A stretch of DNA of 64,000 nt from an uncultured Bacteroidaceae bacterium (GCA_964570685.1 CAZMZC010000011.1:866-64865); one strand, 5' to 3'. Shown: positions 1 to 10,687, counted from the first letter of the stretch. Numbers and translations: made by a program. Notes: a model not told the origin generated them from the sequence alone.

Positions 1-475
1 GAATGGTAATGGCGGTGAGGCTGCTGCAACCAGCGAAAGCACTGCCTCCAATACTCGTCACACTCTCGGGGATGGTGATGGTGGTGAGACTGCTGCAATC
101 AGAGAAAAGCGCGTCTTCAATCCTCGTCACGCTCCTGGGAATGGTGATGGAGGTGAGGCTACTGCAACCGTGGAAAGCACCGTCCCCAATGATCGTCACA
201 CCCTCGGGGATGGTAATAGAGGTAAGATTGATACAATCACTGAAAACAGATCTTCCAATGGTCGTAACACTATACTCCACCCCCTCGTAAGTGACGGAAG
301 AGGGGATAATGACAGCACCACTATACTTGGTTCCATCAGGATTACCACTCACCTCAGCAACCTCGCCTTTCGAAATAAGGTCATACCAAATGCCGTCAAT
401 CTCGACTCGGGCACTTGCCGTAAGGCTGCATAGCAGCGCTGCGAAAACAATCAATAAATGTTTTGCGTGTTTCAT
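1..475 (-). CDS. BspA-like leucine-rich-repeat surface protein, N-terminal part (gene continues beyond the window start)
   Basis: Absent from the ORF track because no stop lies in the window. My translation of the reverse strand from the ATG at comp(473..475) gives MKHAKHLLIVFAALLCSLTASARVEIDGIWYDLISKGEVAEV..., followed by ~23-aa IPxxVTxIGxxAFxxCSSLTSI repeats. The 69-nt DNA period closely resembles ORF 25746..28145. Confidence 0.75.
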   Translation of the reverse strand, partial: MKHAKHLLIVFAALLCSLTASARVEIDGIWYDLISKGEVAEVSGNPDGTKYSGAVIIPSSVTYEGVEYSVTTIGRSVFSDCINLTSITIPEGVTIIGDGAFHGCSSLTSITIPRSVTRIEDALFSDCSSLTTITIPESVTSIGGSAFAGCSSLTAITI

Positions 476-495
476 AATGCTTATTATATAAGGTT

Positions 496-726
496 TCAGC
501 AATCATCATCGTCAGGAACCAACGAATTAATTATGGCACGTTCCGTTTCTATGACATCGATGATGTCACTTGTTGATTCACAATCTTTAATCATTTCATA
601 TTCTACGCCTCCCTCTAAAGCCTTCTCTAAGAAACTTGCATTGGAAGTAGCCTCATGGTTTTCACCCTGACAGAAACTACTATTCAGTAATTTCCGAATC
701 AAGTTTATAATAAATTCACTCATCAT
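496..726 (-). CDS. hypothetical small protein (76 aa)
   Basis: ORF track. Visibly more AT-rich than neighbouring genes, with an acidic C-terminus (...VPDDDDC). Ends 20 nt upstream of the LRR gene start on the same strand. No family recognised. Confidence 0.35.
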   Translation of the reverse strand: MMSEFIINLIRKLLNSSFCQGENHEATSNASFLEKALEGGVEYEMIKDCESTSDIIDVIETERAIINSLVPDDDDC

Positions 727-745
727 TTTCTATCATTTAAGTTAA

Positions 746-1036
746 CTATCCAAATATTTCCTTCAAATAAGTTTCAGTGTTTTCCTGCGTATTTAGGATA
801 ACGCCATGTACAACATGCGACAAGATATATTTAGGCAAATAACTATCTTCTCCATTCTTTACCATCCGAATCTTCATCTCCAGCATATTTGAGGAGAAAA
901 AGTGTTTGAGTAATTGTGGTGGAGCCATAGCAAGTTCTAAATCATCGGGATTGTCATCACATGGTTGAAAACCTTTTCCCTTCAACAAGTCGCAGATCTT
1001 CTTTTCAGAAGTGACCTCATTTGATTCGTTTCTCAT
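746..1036 (-). CDS. hypothetical small protein (96 aa)
   Basis: ORF track. AT-rich, and first gene of an apparent three-gene minus-strand unit (96 aa, 76 aa, LRR protein). No family recognised. Confidence 0.4.
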   Translation of the reverse strand: MRNESNEVTSEKKICDLLKGKGFQPCDDNPDDLELAMAPPQLLKHFFSSNMLEMKIRMVKNGEDSYLPKYILSHVVHGVILNTQENTETYLKEIFG

Positions 1037-1195
1037 AAGTCAAATTACGTTTTTGTTGCCTATAAGTCCCCCAAAGTCAGCGTTAATAATGTATTTGGCT
1101 AACGGATACAAGAAAAGCGTAGAGACTTGTCATGCTCATTGTGATTCCAGGTATCGCCAAACACCTCGCAAAAAATGAACAGAGAAACAAATACC

Positions 1196-1905
1196 CCACG
1201 CTGTTGTATATACATTGACAATGCACAGCGTGGGCTGTACGCGTACTTCATATATACGAAACAGAATGAGCGTATTCTTATACTCCATCCCTTTTGCTTG
1301 AAATTGGCGATTTCGGATCACGGGATAAAGCAAGAAACGCATTCTTGACCCGAGGATTTCTCCCCTCGGATGGTGCAAAATTAGTGCAAGACGAGAGAAA
1401 AACCAAATATATTTGAGCTTTTCTAAAGTGCCAATTAAAATTAGGTCCAGACTTCATCGTCAGATAAATTTAGTCTAGGCGAGCGGAGTACAACCTTTCG
1501 GCAATCTTAGGCAAGTTGCCGATTGACTACTCTGGCAATAAACAATGGGTTAATGCCGATTTTCGGCAAATAGGCAAGTATGCACCATGTTTTTATGTAC
1601 AACATATGTGTTGAAGGGCTTCTATGTAGAATGCGATGACCTGCGCATAACGGCAAAAAATAACAAAGGAGAGGTTGGTGCGATACGATGAATTTGCAGG
1701 TGCGGCACGGATTTTTCGGGCCTTTCACGTTTCGCGTCACTAGCTAGTGATGCGCTCATCGCTATCTAGCGTTGTATACCTCGCTAGCTAGCACCGTGCT
1801 CGTCGCTATCTAGTATGGATAATAGGCAATTTGCCGAAATCTTCCCTAAAAAACACCGAGCATAGTCAACTTCTGTGAGCAACACTAAAGTTGCCAATTG
1901 TTTGA
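1196..1905. repeat. Long imperfect-palindrome non-coding element, copy A (GGCAA-word arrays plus twin CTAG hairpins)
   Basis: Hairpin ccacgctgt/acagcgtgg (1196..1233) encloses an attgacaatg box. About 11-nt words TTCGGCAATCT, TAGGCAAGTTG and TTTCGGCAAAT lie at 1496..1580. tttcggcaaat (1561..1571) is perfectly inverted at 1829..1839. Twin hairpins lie at 1740..1769 and 1784..1813. Confidence 0.6.
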
Positions 1906-2033
1906 AATCTATTACTACTACCTTACCCTAGGGAACTTCGGGCGGGAGGAGTTATGAGAGAGTTCCTTGATTACAAAACGCAACACTCCCCCGACTTCTC
2001 GGGGGAGTTATTTTTCTTACTCAACAGTTTTGG

Positions 2034-2097
2034 TGGTTAGCGGTTAGTGGCCTCTCACCACTCACCTCTCACCCATAACCTTTAACCCATAACTCAT
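2034..2097. repeat. Heptamer word-repeat block at the 3' end of the aminopeptidase gene
   Basis: GGTTAGC GGTTAGT, then CTCTCAC CACTCAC CTCTCAC, then CATAACC TTTAACC CATAACT. The block abuts the stop codon of ORF 2097..3911. Confidence 0.85.
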
Positions 2098-3911
2098 CAA
2101 AACTCCTCCTCGGGCTCGAACAGGCGGTCTATGGTTTTCGTCTTGAGCCATGCAGCCTCCTCTTCGGTGAGGTCGGGGGCGAGATCCTCGTATACGCTGG
2201 TGTTGAAGCAGTCGATGAACATCTTCTCCTCGTCGGTGAGCAGTTCGGTGACGAGCGGTGTGGTGTCTATGTAGGTGCGGGTGAGGGTCATGAAAGCCAG
2301 CCAGTCGCCATACTCGTTCTGCTCGTCTTCATAGCACAGCAGCATGTTCTCGTGGCGTATGCCGTAGTGGCCTTCGCAGTACATGCCGGGCTCGCACGAG
2401 GTGATCATGCCGGGCAGCACGGGCTGGTCGTAGAGGTTCTGCCGCAGGTCTTGCGGACCCTCGTGTACGCAGAGCACGTGGCCTACTCCGTGGCCGGTGC
2501 CGTGGCCATAGTTGCGGCAATACTTCCATAGGGGCATGCGTGCCAGGATGTCGAGGTTGGCTCCGCGGGTGCCGCGGGGGAACGAGGCGAGCGAGAGGGC
2601 TATCATGCCTTGCAGCACGCAGGTGTAGTCGAAGGCTTCGTCATCGGTGAGGGGGCCCAGGGGTACGGTGCGTGTGATGTCGGTGGAGCCGTCGAGGTAG
2701 TGGGCGCCCGAGTCTATCAGATAGAGTCCGCGGGGCTCCAGCACGCTGCACTGCTCGGGTGTGGCGGAGTAGTGTGGCAGAGCGGCATTCCGTCCATAGG
2801 CCGAGATGGGTGCGAAGCTCTCGTCGATGTACCCGTCCATCTCGCGGCGCAGGCTGATGAGCTTGTCCGAAGCGTCTATCTCGGTGATGCGTTCGCCACG
2901 CTCCATGGCCTGTTCGAGCCAACGGAAGAAGCGGGTCTGCGCCACACCGTCCTTGTGGTAGGCCTGGTGGAATCCGGCTATCTCAGTCTCGTTCTTGATG
3001 GCTTTCTCGAGCTTGACGGGCGAGGTGGCGTTGACCACAGCCGCGCCGAAGCGCTCTACCACCTTCTCGTAGAGGGCATAGTTGAGCATGCCGCCATCGA
3101 TATATACAGGTGCGTCGCAGGGCCATGTGGCGATGCTCTGCACCACGTCGGCATAGGGGGCCAGCTCCACGCCGTCGGCTGCGAGGGCGCTGCGGAGGGT
3201 GTCGTCGAACTTGCTCTCGGTGGTGTACAGCACGGCACGCTGTGCATCGGCCCAGAGGTAGGCAATGACTACGGGCGTGTGGGCAATGTCGGCACTGCGT
3301 ATGTTGAGCATCCAGGCTATCTCGTCGAGACTGCCGAGGAGGATGGAAGCGCAGCCCTTCTCCGCAATGGCCTGGCGCAGCCAGGCGAGCTTGTCGGCAC
3401 GCGAACGGCCGGTATACTCCACACCCAGTTCATAGGCGGGTGCCTCGGGCAGTGCGGGGCGGTCGGGCCAGAGGGCGTCGATGAAGTCGGGGCGGCTCAC
3501 TACCTTGATGCCTTTCAGTGCAAACAACGCCTGCATGTGCTCTACTGTGGCGAGGGGCATGCAGAGGCCGTCAACACATACCGTGGCGCCTTCGGTGAGG
3601 TTCTCGGCCAGCCATTCGGGGTAGTCTACGGCATCGGGCACGCGCAGCTTGTGCAGTTCTATGCCGGTGCCTTCGAGCTGGGCCGTGGCCTGGATGAAAT
3701 ATCGGGTATCAGTCCACAGTCCCGCATGGTCAGCGGTGACTACCACCGTACCGTACGAGCCGGTGAATCCTGATACATACTTGCGGGCCTGCCAACGCTT
3801 GGGGAGGTACTCGCTACTGTGAGGGTCGGTGCCCGAGATGACGATGGCATCCCATCCCTCGGCCTGCATCATCTGACGCAACGCTTGGATATTCTCTTTC
3901 GGGGTCAACAT
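2097..3911 (-). CDS. Xaa-Pro aminopeptidase (M24B, aminopeptidase P family)
   Basis: 604-aa ORF with a creatinase/prolidase-like N-domain and an M24 pita-bread C-domain. Metal-site context ...NYGHGTGHGVGHVLCVHEGP... and ...SCEPGMY... Confidence 0.9.
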   Translation of the reverse strand: MLTPKENIQALRQMMQAEGWDAIVISGTDPHSSEYLPKRWQARKYVSGFTGSYGTVVVTADHAGLWTDTRYFIQATAQLEGTGIELHKLRVPDAVDYPEWLAENLTEGATVCVDGLCMPLATVEHMQALFALKGIKVVSRPDFIDALWPDRPALPEAPAYELGVEYTGRSRADKLAWLRQAIAEKGCASILLGSLDEIAWMLNIRSADIAHTPVVIAYLWADAQRAVLYTTESKFDDTLRSALAADGVELAPYADVVQSIATWPCDAPVYIDGGMLNYALYEKVVERFGAAVVNATSPVKLEKAIKNETEIAGFHQAYHKDGVAQTRFFRWLEQAMERGERITEIDASDKLISLRREMDGYIDESFAPISAYGRNAALPHYSATPEQCSVLEPRGLYLIDSGAHYLDGSTDITRTVPLGPLTDDEAFDYTCVLQGMIALSLASFPRGTRGANLDILARMPLWKYCRNYGHGTGHGVGHVLCVHEGPQDLRQNLYDQPVLPGMITSCEPGMYCEGHYGIRHENMLLCYEDEQNEYGDWLAFMTLTRTYIDTTPLVTELLTDEEKMFIDCFNTSVYEDLAPDLTEEEAAWLKTKTIDRLFEPEEEF

Positions 3912-4036
3912 ATGTTTTTTTATTTAGAGTTCTTCACGCAACAAATATAGGCTTTTTTAGCGGCATGAGCAATATTCTTGTTAAAAAATCGTCATACAAG
4001 GGCAATGATATGAAATATATGTACTACATTTGCCGA

Positions 4037-5062
4037 ATGTTAAAGTTTCGAAAAATATCTGCCGCCCTACTCATATTGCTCTGCAGCACCGGCATCGTGG
4101 CACAGGAAGGGGAGAAGCCCGACCTCATGTTCAAGGTGTACGACCAGAGTTTCTTCGACAACCGCGAGGTGCGCACTCCCTATCAGCGCTCGCAGACCCT
4201 CTTCGGCTCCATGCTCAGCATCGAAGGCGGCGTGCGGTTTGGCGCACATACCATCATGGCAGGCCTGCACGGCATCAAGGACTTCGGCTGCAGCGGACTG
4301 GCGAAGAGGGACCTCACCTTCTACTACAGCTACGAGGAGGGACACTTCGCGGGTGCCTTCGGCTCGTTCCCGCGCCGGCTGCTGCGTCGCGAGCTGCCCG
4401 ACATCTTCGTGTACGACTCCATCAGATACTATACCCCCACGCTACACGGCGCACTGCTGCAATATACCGCCAGCCACGGCTATGCCGAGGTGTACTGCAA
4501 CTGGCTCAACAAGCAGGGTGTGGGCGAGCGTGAGATATTCGAGATCGTCAGTGACGGACGCTTCGGGCACAAGGGCTACTACGTGGGGTGGAACGCACAG
4601 CTCACCCACTACTCGGTGCCCCGCCCCGCCAACGGGCTTCAGGTATACGACAAGCTGATGCTGAACCCGCACGTGGGCATGGAGAAGAGCGGCCTGGGCT
4701 GGCTGGACGGCTTCGCGCTGGAGGCTGGACTGATGCTCTCGCTCAACCGCGACCGCACCGATATGCTGTGGCACTCACCGATGGGATTCCTGGGCGATGT
4801 GAAACTGCGCAAATGGAGATTCGAGCTACGCGACCGCCTCTATGCCGGCAATCCACAGTTCACCCACTACGACACATACGGCGCACAGCTCCACCGCGGC
4901 GACCCCTACTACCGCAGCAGCCTATACAACCGCACCGACATCTGCTTCTACCTGCTCAACCGCACCTATGTGCAGTGCTATGCAGCCGCCTCGCTCCACT
5001 ACACCGAGGGAGCACTCGACAATTCGCAGCAGGTCGTCCTGCGCATATATCCGAAATGGTAA
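4037..5062 (+). CDS. hypothetical secreted protein, probable outer-membrane beta-barrel
   Basis: ORF 3965..5062. I prefer the ATG at 4037 because MLKFRKISAALLILLCSTGIVAQ is a signal peptide. Aromatic-rich alternating pattern, and it ends ...LRIYPKW. No family recognised. Confidence 0.55.
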   Translation: MLKFRKISAALLILLCSTGIVAQEGEKPDLMFKVYDQSFFDNREVRTPYQRSQTLFGSMLSIEGGVRFGAHTIMAGLHGIKDFGCSGLAKRDLTFYYSYEEGHFAGAFGSFPRRLLRRELPDIFVYDSIRYYTPTLHGALLQYTASHGYAEVYCNWLNKQGVGEREIFEIVSDGRFGHKGYYVGWNAQLTHYSVPRPANGLQVYDKLMLNPHVGMEKSGLGWLDGFALEAGLMLSLNRDRTDMLWHSPMGFLGDVKLRKWRFELRDRLYAGNPQFTHYDTYGAQLHRGDPYYRSSLYNRTDICFYLLNRTYVQCYAAASLHYTEGALDNSQQVVLRIYPKW

Positions 5063-5088
5063 AAGAAGAGAGAGCGCCCCTCGTCAAT

Positions 5089-5151
5089 CGTTAAACGTTC
5101 ATCGTTAATCTTTAATCGTTAAACGTTCATCGTTAAACGTTCATCGTTAAC
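5089..5151. repeat. Heptamer word repeat (CGTTAAA/CGTTCAT/CGTTAAT, 9 units) between convergent genes
   Basis: cgttaaacgttcatcgttaatctttaatcgttaaacgttcatcgttaaacgttcatcgttaac. It contains the stop codon (5147..5149) of the MscS-like gene. Confidence 0.9.
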
Positions 5152-6334
5152 TCCCCAGCTCCTCGCCACTGAAGTCGATACCCATAGGCGACTGGAACAC
5201 ACGGAGCCCGAAGGTGGGCATCACGGCAAACACGTGCTCGAAAATCTCGCTCTGCAGGTGTTCGTAAGGGACCCAATCGGTACCGTCAGAGAAGAAATAA
5301 AGCTCGAGCGGAAGGCCCTGCGCAGTAGGCTGCAGCTGGCGCACCATAATTATCATGTTCTGATTCACCCGATGATGCTGGCGCAGGTAACGCTCCAGAT
5401 AGTTGCGAAACACGTGGAGGTTGACCGCAAACTTATCCTCGCGCTCAATGCCTTCGAGCCACCCGCGACGCTCAAAGTCGGCCATCTGCTCCTCGGTGCA
5501 GAAAGTAATGGAGCGCATGTCAATATATACGGACCGCTTCACCCGACGACCACCGCTGTCGCGCATGCCACGCCAGTTCTGAAACGAGTCGCTCACCAAG
5601 GCGTAGGGAGGCACGGTAGTGATGGTCTTGTCCCAGTTCTGCACCTTCACGGTGGTGAGGGTCACCTCTATCACATCACCGTCGGCCCCATACTTGGGCA
5701 TCGTAATCCAGTCACCGGGGCGTAGCATATCGTTGGCCGATAGCTGTATGCCTGCCACCAAACCCATGATGCTGTCCTTGAACACCAGCATGAGCACCGC
5801 CGCCGAAGCACCGAGGGCGGTAAGTATGTAGCCGGGGTTCTTGTTGATGAGGATGCTGACCACGATGATAAGGGCCACGCAGATGACCACAATCTTGAGC
5901 ATCTGGTAGATACCCTTGATGGGATGATTCTTGAGGCGGTCCTGATGGCTGGAGAGGTCGTACAGGGCCGAGAGGGACGTGCACAGCAACTTGGCTATGA
6001 TGGCTATGAGGTAGATGAGATTGACCTTGAGCAGGAAGTCGAGCGTGGGGTGCCCGTGCGAGAAGGCCAGAGGCATGAGCACGGCGATGAGGATGGGGGG
6101 AACCAGACGGCTGACATCCTTGAGCATGGTGTCGCTGAGCAGAATATCGTCCCAAGCGGCACGGGTAGCACGGGTGAGCCGCTTCACCAAAGGAAGCAGG
6201 AGCCTACGGCACACGACATCGGCCATGAATACGACGAGGGCTATGGCGGCTATGGCAATGAGCCAGTAGAGCCACGCACGGCTATCGGCCGTGATACCCA
6301 AGGGGGAGAGCCAGCGGAGAAGGGTGGGATTCAT
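5147..6334 (-). CDS. mechanosensitive ion channel family protein (MscS-like)
   Basis: 395 aa. N-terminal TM helices followed by the MscS beta-domain context ...IQLSANDMLRPGDWITMPKYGADGDVIEVTLTTVKVQNWDKTITTVPPYALVS... Confidence 0.85.
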   Translation of the reverse strand: MNPTLLRWLSPLGITADSRAWLYWLIAIAAIALVVFMADVVCRRLLLPLVKRLTRATRAAWDDILLSDTMLKDVSRLVPPILIAVLMPLAFSHGHPTLDFLLKVNLIYLIAIIAKLLCTSLSALYDLSSHQDRLKNHPIKGIYQMLKIVVICVALIIVVSILINKNPGYILTALGASAAVLMLVFKDSIMGLVAGIQLSANDMLRPGDWITMPKYGADGDVIEVTLTTVKVQNWDKTITTVPPYALVSDSFQNWRGMRDSGGRRVKRSVYIDMRSITFCTEEQMADFERRGWLEGIEREDKFAVNLHVFRNYLERYLRQHHRVNQNMIIMVRQLQPTAQGLPLELYFFSDGTDWVPYEHLQSEIFEHVFAVMPTFGLRVFQSPMGIDFSGEELGS

Positions 6335-6360
6335 TGGAGTTGTAAGTTATGAGTGTGAGT

Positions 6361-6484
6361 TGAAAGATGAAAATGCAAGTTGAATATTGAAAGATGAAAT
6401 TGGGAAGGGCTGCCCGTTGCCTATTGCCGTTTTAGACAACGAAAGATGAAAATCACCTTGGTATGGCAACTTTCATCTTTCATC
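6361..6484. repeat. GAAAGATGAAA word repeats (3 direct, 1 inverted) downstream of dnaK
   Basis: tgaaagatgaaa at 6361, 6388 and 6440. gaaagatgaaa (6441..6451) pairs perfectly with tttcatctttc (6471..6481). In dnaK sense this forms a hairpin just after the stop codon. Confidence 0.8.
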
Positions 6485-6503
6485 TATTATTTTTCAATTT
6501 GAT

Positions 6504-8411
6504 TTACTTTACTTCCTCGAAGTCGGCATCCTGGATGTTGTCGCCCTGCTGACCACCGGTCTGTTGGCCTGCATCGGCACCGGGCTGAGGACCAGCCTGA
6601 CCGCCGGTCTGTGCATACATCTCGGCGCTGGCTGCCTGGAAGGCGGTGTTGAGCTCGTTCATAGCGGTGTCGCAACCTGCGAGGTCCTGAGCCTTGTGGG
6701 CATCCTTGAGCTTCTGCAGAGCAGCCTCGATGGGAGCCTTCTTGTCGGCAGGAATCTTGTCGCCAAGATCCTTGAGCTGGTTCTCGGTCTGGAAAATCAT
6801 AGAGTCGGCCTGGTTGAGCTTGTCTACCTTCTCGCGCTCCTTGCGGTCGGCCTCTGCGTTGGCCTCAGCCTCAGCCTTCATGCGCTCGATTTCCTCCTTG
6901 CTGAGACCCGATGAAGCCTCGATGCGGATAGCCTGCTCCTTGCCGGTAGCCTTATCCTTGGCCGATACCTTGAGGATACCGTTGGCGTCGATGTCGAAGG
7001 TCACCTCAATCTGGGGCACACCACGACGGGCGGGAGCGATACCGGTGAGGTTGAACTGACCGATTGACTTGTTCTGCGAAGCCATAGGACGCTCGCCCTG
7101 GAGTACGTGGATGGTCACCTCAGTCTGGTTGTCGGCTGCGGTAGAGAATACCTCGCTCTTCTTGCAGGGGATGGTGGTGTTGGCATCAATGAGCTTGGTC
7201 ATCACGCCGCCCATGGTCTCGATACCCATTGAAAGGGGAGTAACGTCGAGCAGTACGATGTCGCCTACGCCGCCCTCCTTGTTGAGCACAGCACCCTGAA
7301 TAGAGGCACCGAGAGCTACTACCTCGTCGGGGTTAACGCCCTTTGAGGGAGCCTTGCCGAAGTACTCCTGTACAATCTGCTGTACGGCGGGGATACGGGT
7401 AGAACCACCTACGAGGATTACCTCGTCGATATCGGCAGTGCTCAGCTTGGCATCAGCAACAGCCTTGCGGCAGGGCTCGATACAAGCCTGGATGAGGTTG
7501 TGTGCCAATGACTCGAACTTAGCACGGGTAAGGGTCTTCACCAAGTGACGGGGAATACCAGCCACGGGCATGATATAAGGAAGGTTGATCTCTGTAGAGG
7601 TTGATGAAGAAAGCTCGATCTTGGCCTTCTCGGCAGCCTCCTTGAGGCGCTGCAGAGCCATAGGATCCTGAGTAAGGTCGGCACCTTCGTCGTTCTTGAA
7701 CTCCTGTACCAGCCAGTCGATGATTACCTGGTCGAAGTCGTCACCACCGAGGTGGGTGTCACCGTTGGTAGAGAGTACCTCAAATACGCCACCGCCGAAC
7801 TCAAGGATAGAGATATCGAATGTACCGCCACCGAGGTCGAATACGGCAATCTTCATATCCTTGTTGGCCTTGTCGATACCGTAGGCCAGAGCGGCTGCTG
7901 TAGGCTCGTTCACGATACGCTTCACCTCGAGACCTGCAATCTGGCCTGCCTCCTTGGTAGCCTGACGCTGTGAGTCAGAGAAGTAGGCGGGTACGGTGAT
8001 AACGGCCTCTGTTACCTCCTGGCCGAGGTAGTCCTCAGCGGTCTTCTTCATCTTCTGCAGAATCATAGCAGAAATCTCCTGCGGAGTATACTTGTGACCA
8101 TCGATGTCAACGAGGGGGAGGTTGTTGTCGCCACGTACTACAGGATAGGGTACGCGTGATACCTCTTTCTGTACCTGGTCCCAAGTCTCACCCATGAAGC
8201 GCTTGATAGAGTAGATGGTGCGCTTGGGGTTGGTGATAGCCTGACGCTTGGCGGGGTCGCCCACCTTACGCTCGCCACCGTCGACGAATGCTACTACAGA
8301 AGGAGTAGTGCGCTTGCCCTCGCTGTTGGCGATTACTACAGGTTCGTTGCCCTCAAATACGGCAACACATGAGTTGGTTGTTCCTAAGTCAATACCAATA
8401 ATTTTTCCCAT
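6504..8411 (-). CDS. dnaK: molecular chaperone DnaK (Hsp70)
   Basis: 635 aa. [34 protein letters not shown], and a C-terminal ...DADFEEVK. Confidence 0.98.
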   Translation of the reverse strand: MGKIIGIDLGTTNSCVAVFEGNEPVVIANSEGKRTTPSVVAFVDGGERKVGDPAKRQAITNPKRTIYSIKRFMGETWDQVQKEVSRVPYPVVRGDNNLPLVDIDGHKYTPQEISAMILQKMKKTAEDYLGQEVTEAVITVPAYFSDSQRQATKEAGQIAGLEVKRIVNEPTAAALAYGIDKANKDMKIAVFDLGGGTFDISILEFGGGVFEVLSTNGDTHLGGDDFDQVIIDWLVQEFKNDEGADLTQDPMALQRLKEAAEKAKIELSSSTSTEINLPYIMPVAGIPRHLVKTLTRAKFESLAHNLIQACIEPCRKAVADAKLSTADIDEVILVGGSTRIPAVQQIVQEYFGKAPSKGVNPDEVVALGASIQGAVLNKEGGVGDIVLLDVTPLSMGIETMGGVMTKLIDANTTIPCKKSEVFSTAADNQTEVTIHVLQGERPMASQNKSIGQFNLTGIAPARRGVPQIEVTFDIDANGILKVSAKDKATGKEQAIRIEASSGLSKEEIERMKAEAEANAEADRKEREKVDKLNQADSMIFQTENQLKDLGDKIPADKKAPIEAALQKLKDAHKAQDLAGCDTAMNELNTAFQAASAEMYAQTGGQAGPQPGADAGQQTGGQQGDNIQDADFEEVK

Positions 8412-8669
8412 TTTCTTATACTTTTTAATTGTTAATACTCAAAACTTGTTTCTGCAGGGCTTTGTTCGCCCGGAACAGAGAATTTAATTTTTCGTTCTTG
8501 CTTTTTTACTTTTAATAGGTTTACGCCGATATATACTACAAATCGCGTGCCACGAAAAACGGAAGACAAGGTAACAAGGTGACAAGAAAAACATACGTCA
8601 TATTTTCTGCCAGTATGACATAAAAAACTTTTTTCTTCTGCCAATAGTGTACATTTCGGAAAATAGTTG

Positions 8670-8677
8670 TAACTTTG
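8670..8677 (+). promoter_or_regulatory. Bacteroidetes sigma-A -7 box (TAACTTTG) upstream of recA
   Basis: Matches TAnnTTTG, about 40 nt upstream of the recA ATG. Confidence 0.5.
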
Positions 8678-8718
8678 AACTCCGAGAAACAAAACCGTAA
8701 ACAACAACCAGAATCAAT

Positions 8719-9804
8719 ATGGCAAAGAAAGAAAAAGTAGAGATAACGGCAGGCAACCCCGCTGACAAGCTGAAAGCCCTGCAGGCCGCAATGGCCAAGA
8801 TAGAGAAGGACTTCGGCAAGGGCGCCATCATGAAGCTGGGCGATGACAGCATACAGGAAATAGAGGTCATCCCCACCGGCTCCATCAGCCTTAATGCAGC
8901 CCTTGGCGTAGGCGGATATCCGCGCGGTCGAGTGATTGAGATCTATGGTCCCGAGTCATCAGGTAAGACCACCCTCGCCATCCACGCCATTGCCGAAGCG
9001 CAGAAAGCGGGCGGCATAGCAGCCATCATCGATGCCGAGCACGCCTTCGACCGATTCTATGCACAGAAACTGGGCGTAGACGTCAACAACCTCCTCATAG
9101 CCCAGCCCGACAACGGAGAGCAGGCACTCGAAATCGCCGAGCAGCTCATTGCCTCGGCAGCCGTTGACATCGTAGTCATCGACTCTGTGGCAGCACTGAC
9201 CCCAAAAGCCGAGATTGAGGGCGACATGGGCGACAACAAAGTGGGTCTGCAAGCCCGACTCATGAGCCAGGCACTCAGAAAACTCACCGCAACCATATCG
9301 AAGACCAAGACCTGCTGCATCTTCATCAACCAGCTGCGCGAGAAGATTGGTGTCATGTTCGGTAATCCCGAAACTACCACCGGCGGTAACGCCCTCAAGT
9401 TCTATGCCTCGGTACGTATGGACATCCGCAAATCGACCCCCATCAAGGATGGCGATGAAGTACTGGGCCACTTGACAAAGGTGAAGATCGTGAAGAACAA
9501 GGTAGCGCCCCCCTTCCGTAGAGCAGAGTTTGACATCATGTTCGGTGAAGGAATCTCGAAGATTGGCGAAATCGTTGACCTGGGTGTAGATTATGACATC
9601 ATCAAGAAGTCCGGCTCGTGGTTCTCATACGAAGGCACCAAGCTGGCACAAGGCCGCGACGCCACCAAGCAACTCATTGCCGACAATCCCGAACTGGCCG
9701 AAGAGCTGGAAGCAAAGATTATGGAGGCTCTGAAGAACAAAGCGCAAGATGCGCCTGTCAAAAAAGGAGAATCAAGCGAAGAGGAAGCAGCCGACAACCA
9801 ATAA
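8719..9804 (+). CDS. recA: recombinase RecA
   Basis: 361 aa. Walker [14 protein letters not shown], followed by ...IDAEHAFD... and ...[36 protein letters not shown]... Confidence 0.97.
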   Translation: MAKKEKVEITAGNPADKLKALQAAMAKIEKDFGKGAIMKLGDDSIQEIEVIPTGSISLNAALGVGGYPRGRVIEIYGPESSGKTTLAIHAIAEAQKAGGIAAIIDAEHAFDRFYAQKLGVDVNNLLIAQPDNGEQALEIAEQLIASAAVDIVVIDSVAALTPKAEIEGDMGDNKVGLQARLMSQALRKLTATISKTKTCCIFINQLREKIGVMFGNPETTTGGNALKFYASVRMDIRKSTPIKDGDEVLGHLTKVKIVKNKVAPPFRRAEFDIMFGEGISKIGEIVDLGVDYDIIKKSGSWFSYEGTKLAQGRDATKQLIADNPELAEELEAKIMEALKNKAQDAPVKKGESSEEEAADNQ

Positions 9805-9895
9805 CAAAGGTACAGACAATTATTAATATACCGACCGAGACACCGGCAGGATGCGAGAACCCTGCCGGGTCTCCCTCAAAAAAACATCAATCATT

Positions 9896-10687
9896 ATGCG
9901 TCTAATCATCCAGAAAAATCCGCAACAGATGGCAGTTTGGGCTGCCGCTCACATTGTAAAGAGAATCAACGAGTTCGGTCCTACCCCCGAGAGACCCTTC
10001 GTATTGGGTCTCCCCACCGGCGGCACGCCGCTCGGCACCTATAAAGAACTCATCCGCCTGCACAAGGAAGGCAAGGTAAGCTTCCAGAATGTAGTGACCT
10101 TCAATATGGATGAATACGTAGGCCTGCCCGAGGAGCATCCCGAGAGCTACCACTCATTCATGTGGAACAACTTCTTCAGCCACGTCGACGTGAAGAAAGA
10201 GAACGTAAACATCCTCAACGGCAATGCCGAGGACCTCGACGCCGAGTGCGCACGCTACGAGGAAAAAATCAAGTCGTACGGCGGCATCCACCTCTTCATG
10301 GGAGGCATCGGTCCCGACGGACACATCGCCTTCAACGAACCCGGCTCATCGCTCACCTCACGCACCCGTCAGAAGACACTCACTACCGATACCATCATCG
10401 CCAACTCACGCTTCTTCGACAACGACGTGAACAAGGTGCCCAAGACAGCCGTCACCGTAGGTGTAGGCACCGTGATGGACGCCAAGGAGGTGCTCATCCT
10501 GGCCAACGGACACAATAAGGCCCAGGCACTGTACCATGCAGTAGAGGGCAGCATCACCCAGATGTGGACCATCAGCGTACTCCAGCTCCACCCCCACGGC
10601 ATCATCGTATGCGACGACGCAGCCACCGTAGAGCTCAAGGTAGGTACCGTAAACTACTTCAAGGACATCGAGAAAGACAATTTGTAA
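9896..10687 (+). CDS. nagB: glucosamine-6-phosphate deaminase
   Basis: ORF 9851..10687. I prefer the ATG at 9896 ([11 protein letters not shown]...). [38 protein letters not shown]. Confidence 0.92.
   Translation: MRLIIQKNPQQMAVWAAAHIVKRINEFGPTPERPFVLGLPTGGTPLGTYKELIRLHKEGKVSFQNVVTFNMDEYVGLPEEHPESYHSFMWNNFFSHVDVKKENVNILNGNAEDLDAECARYEEKIKSYGGIHLFMGGIGPDGHIAFNEPGSSLTSRTRQKTLTTDTIIANSRFFDNDVNKVPKTAVTVGVGTVMDAKEVLILANGHNKAQALYHAVEGSITQMWTISVLQLHPHGIIVCDDAATVELKVGTVNYFKDIEKDNL

Noticed and set aside
2610-3773. Long antisense ORF (387 aa) inside the aminopeptidase gene. Similar long antisense ORFs occur at 22418..23407, 24147..24740, 29995..30828, 33793..34500, 44094..44939, 45558..46508, 55596..56129 and 60291..61337.
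   Set aside because: Each lies fully within a gene on the other strand that has clear family motifs. Their translations are low-complexity (G/A/V/L/H/R-rich), typical of the complement of GC3-rich codons. No independent signals.
9843-9869. Hairpin ccggcagg...cctgccgg after recA as a terminator.
   Set aside because: The stem is real, but it is followed by an A-run rather than a U-run on the recA strand. It lies inside the spurious 5' extension of the nagB ORF. Too ambiguous to call.
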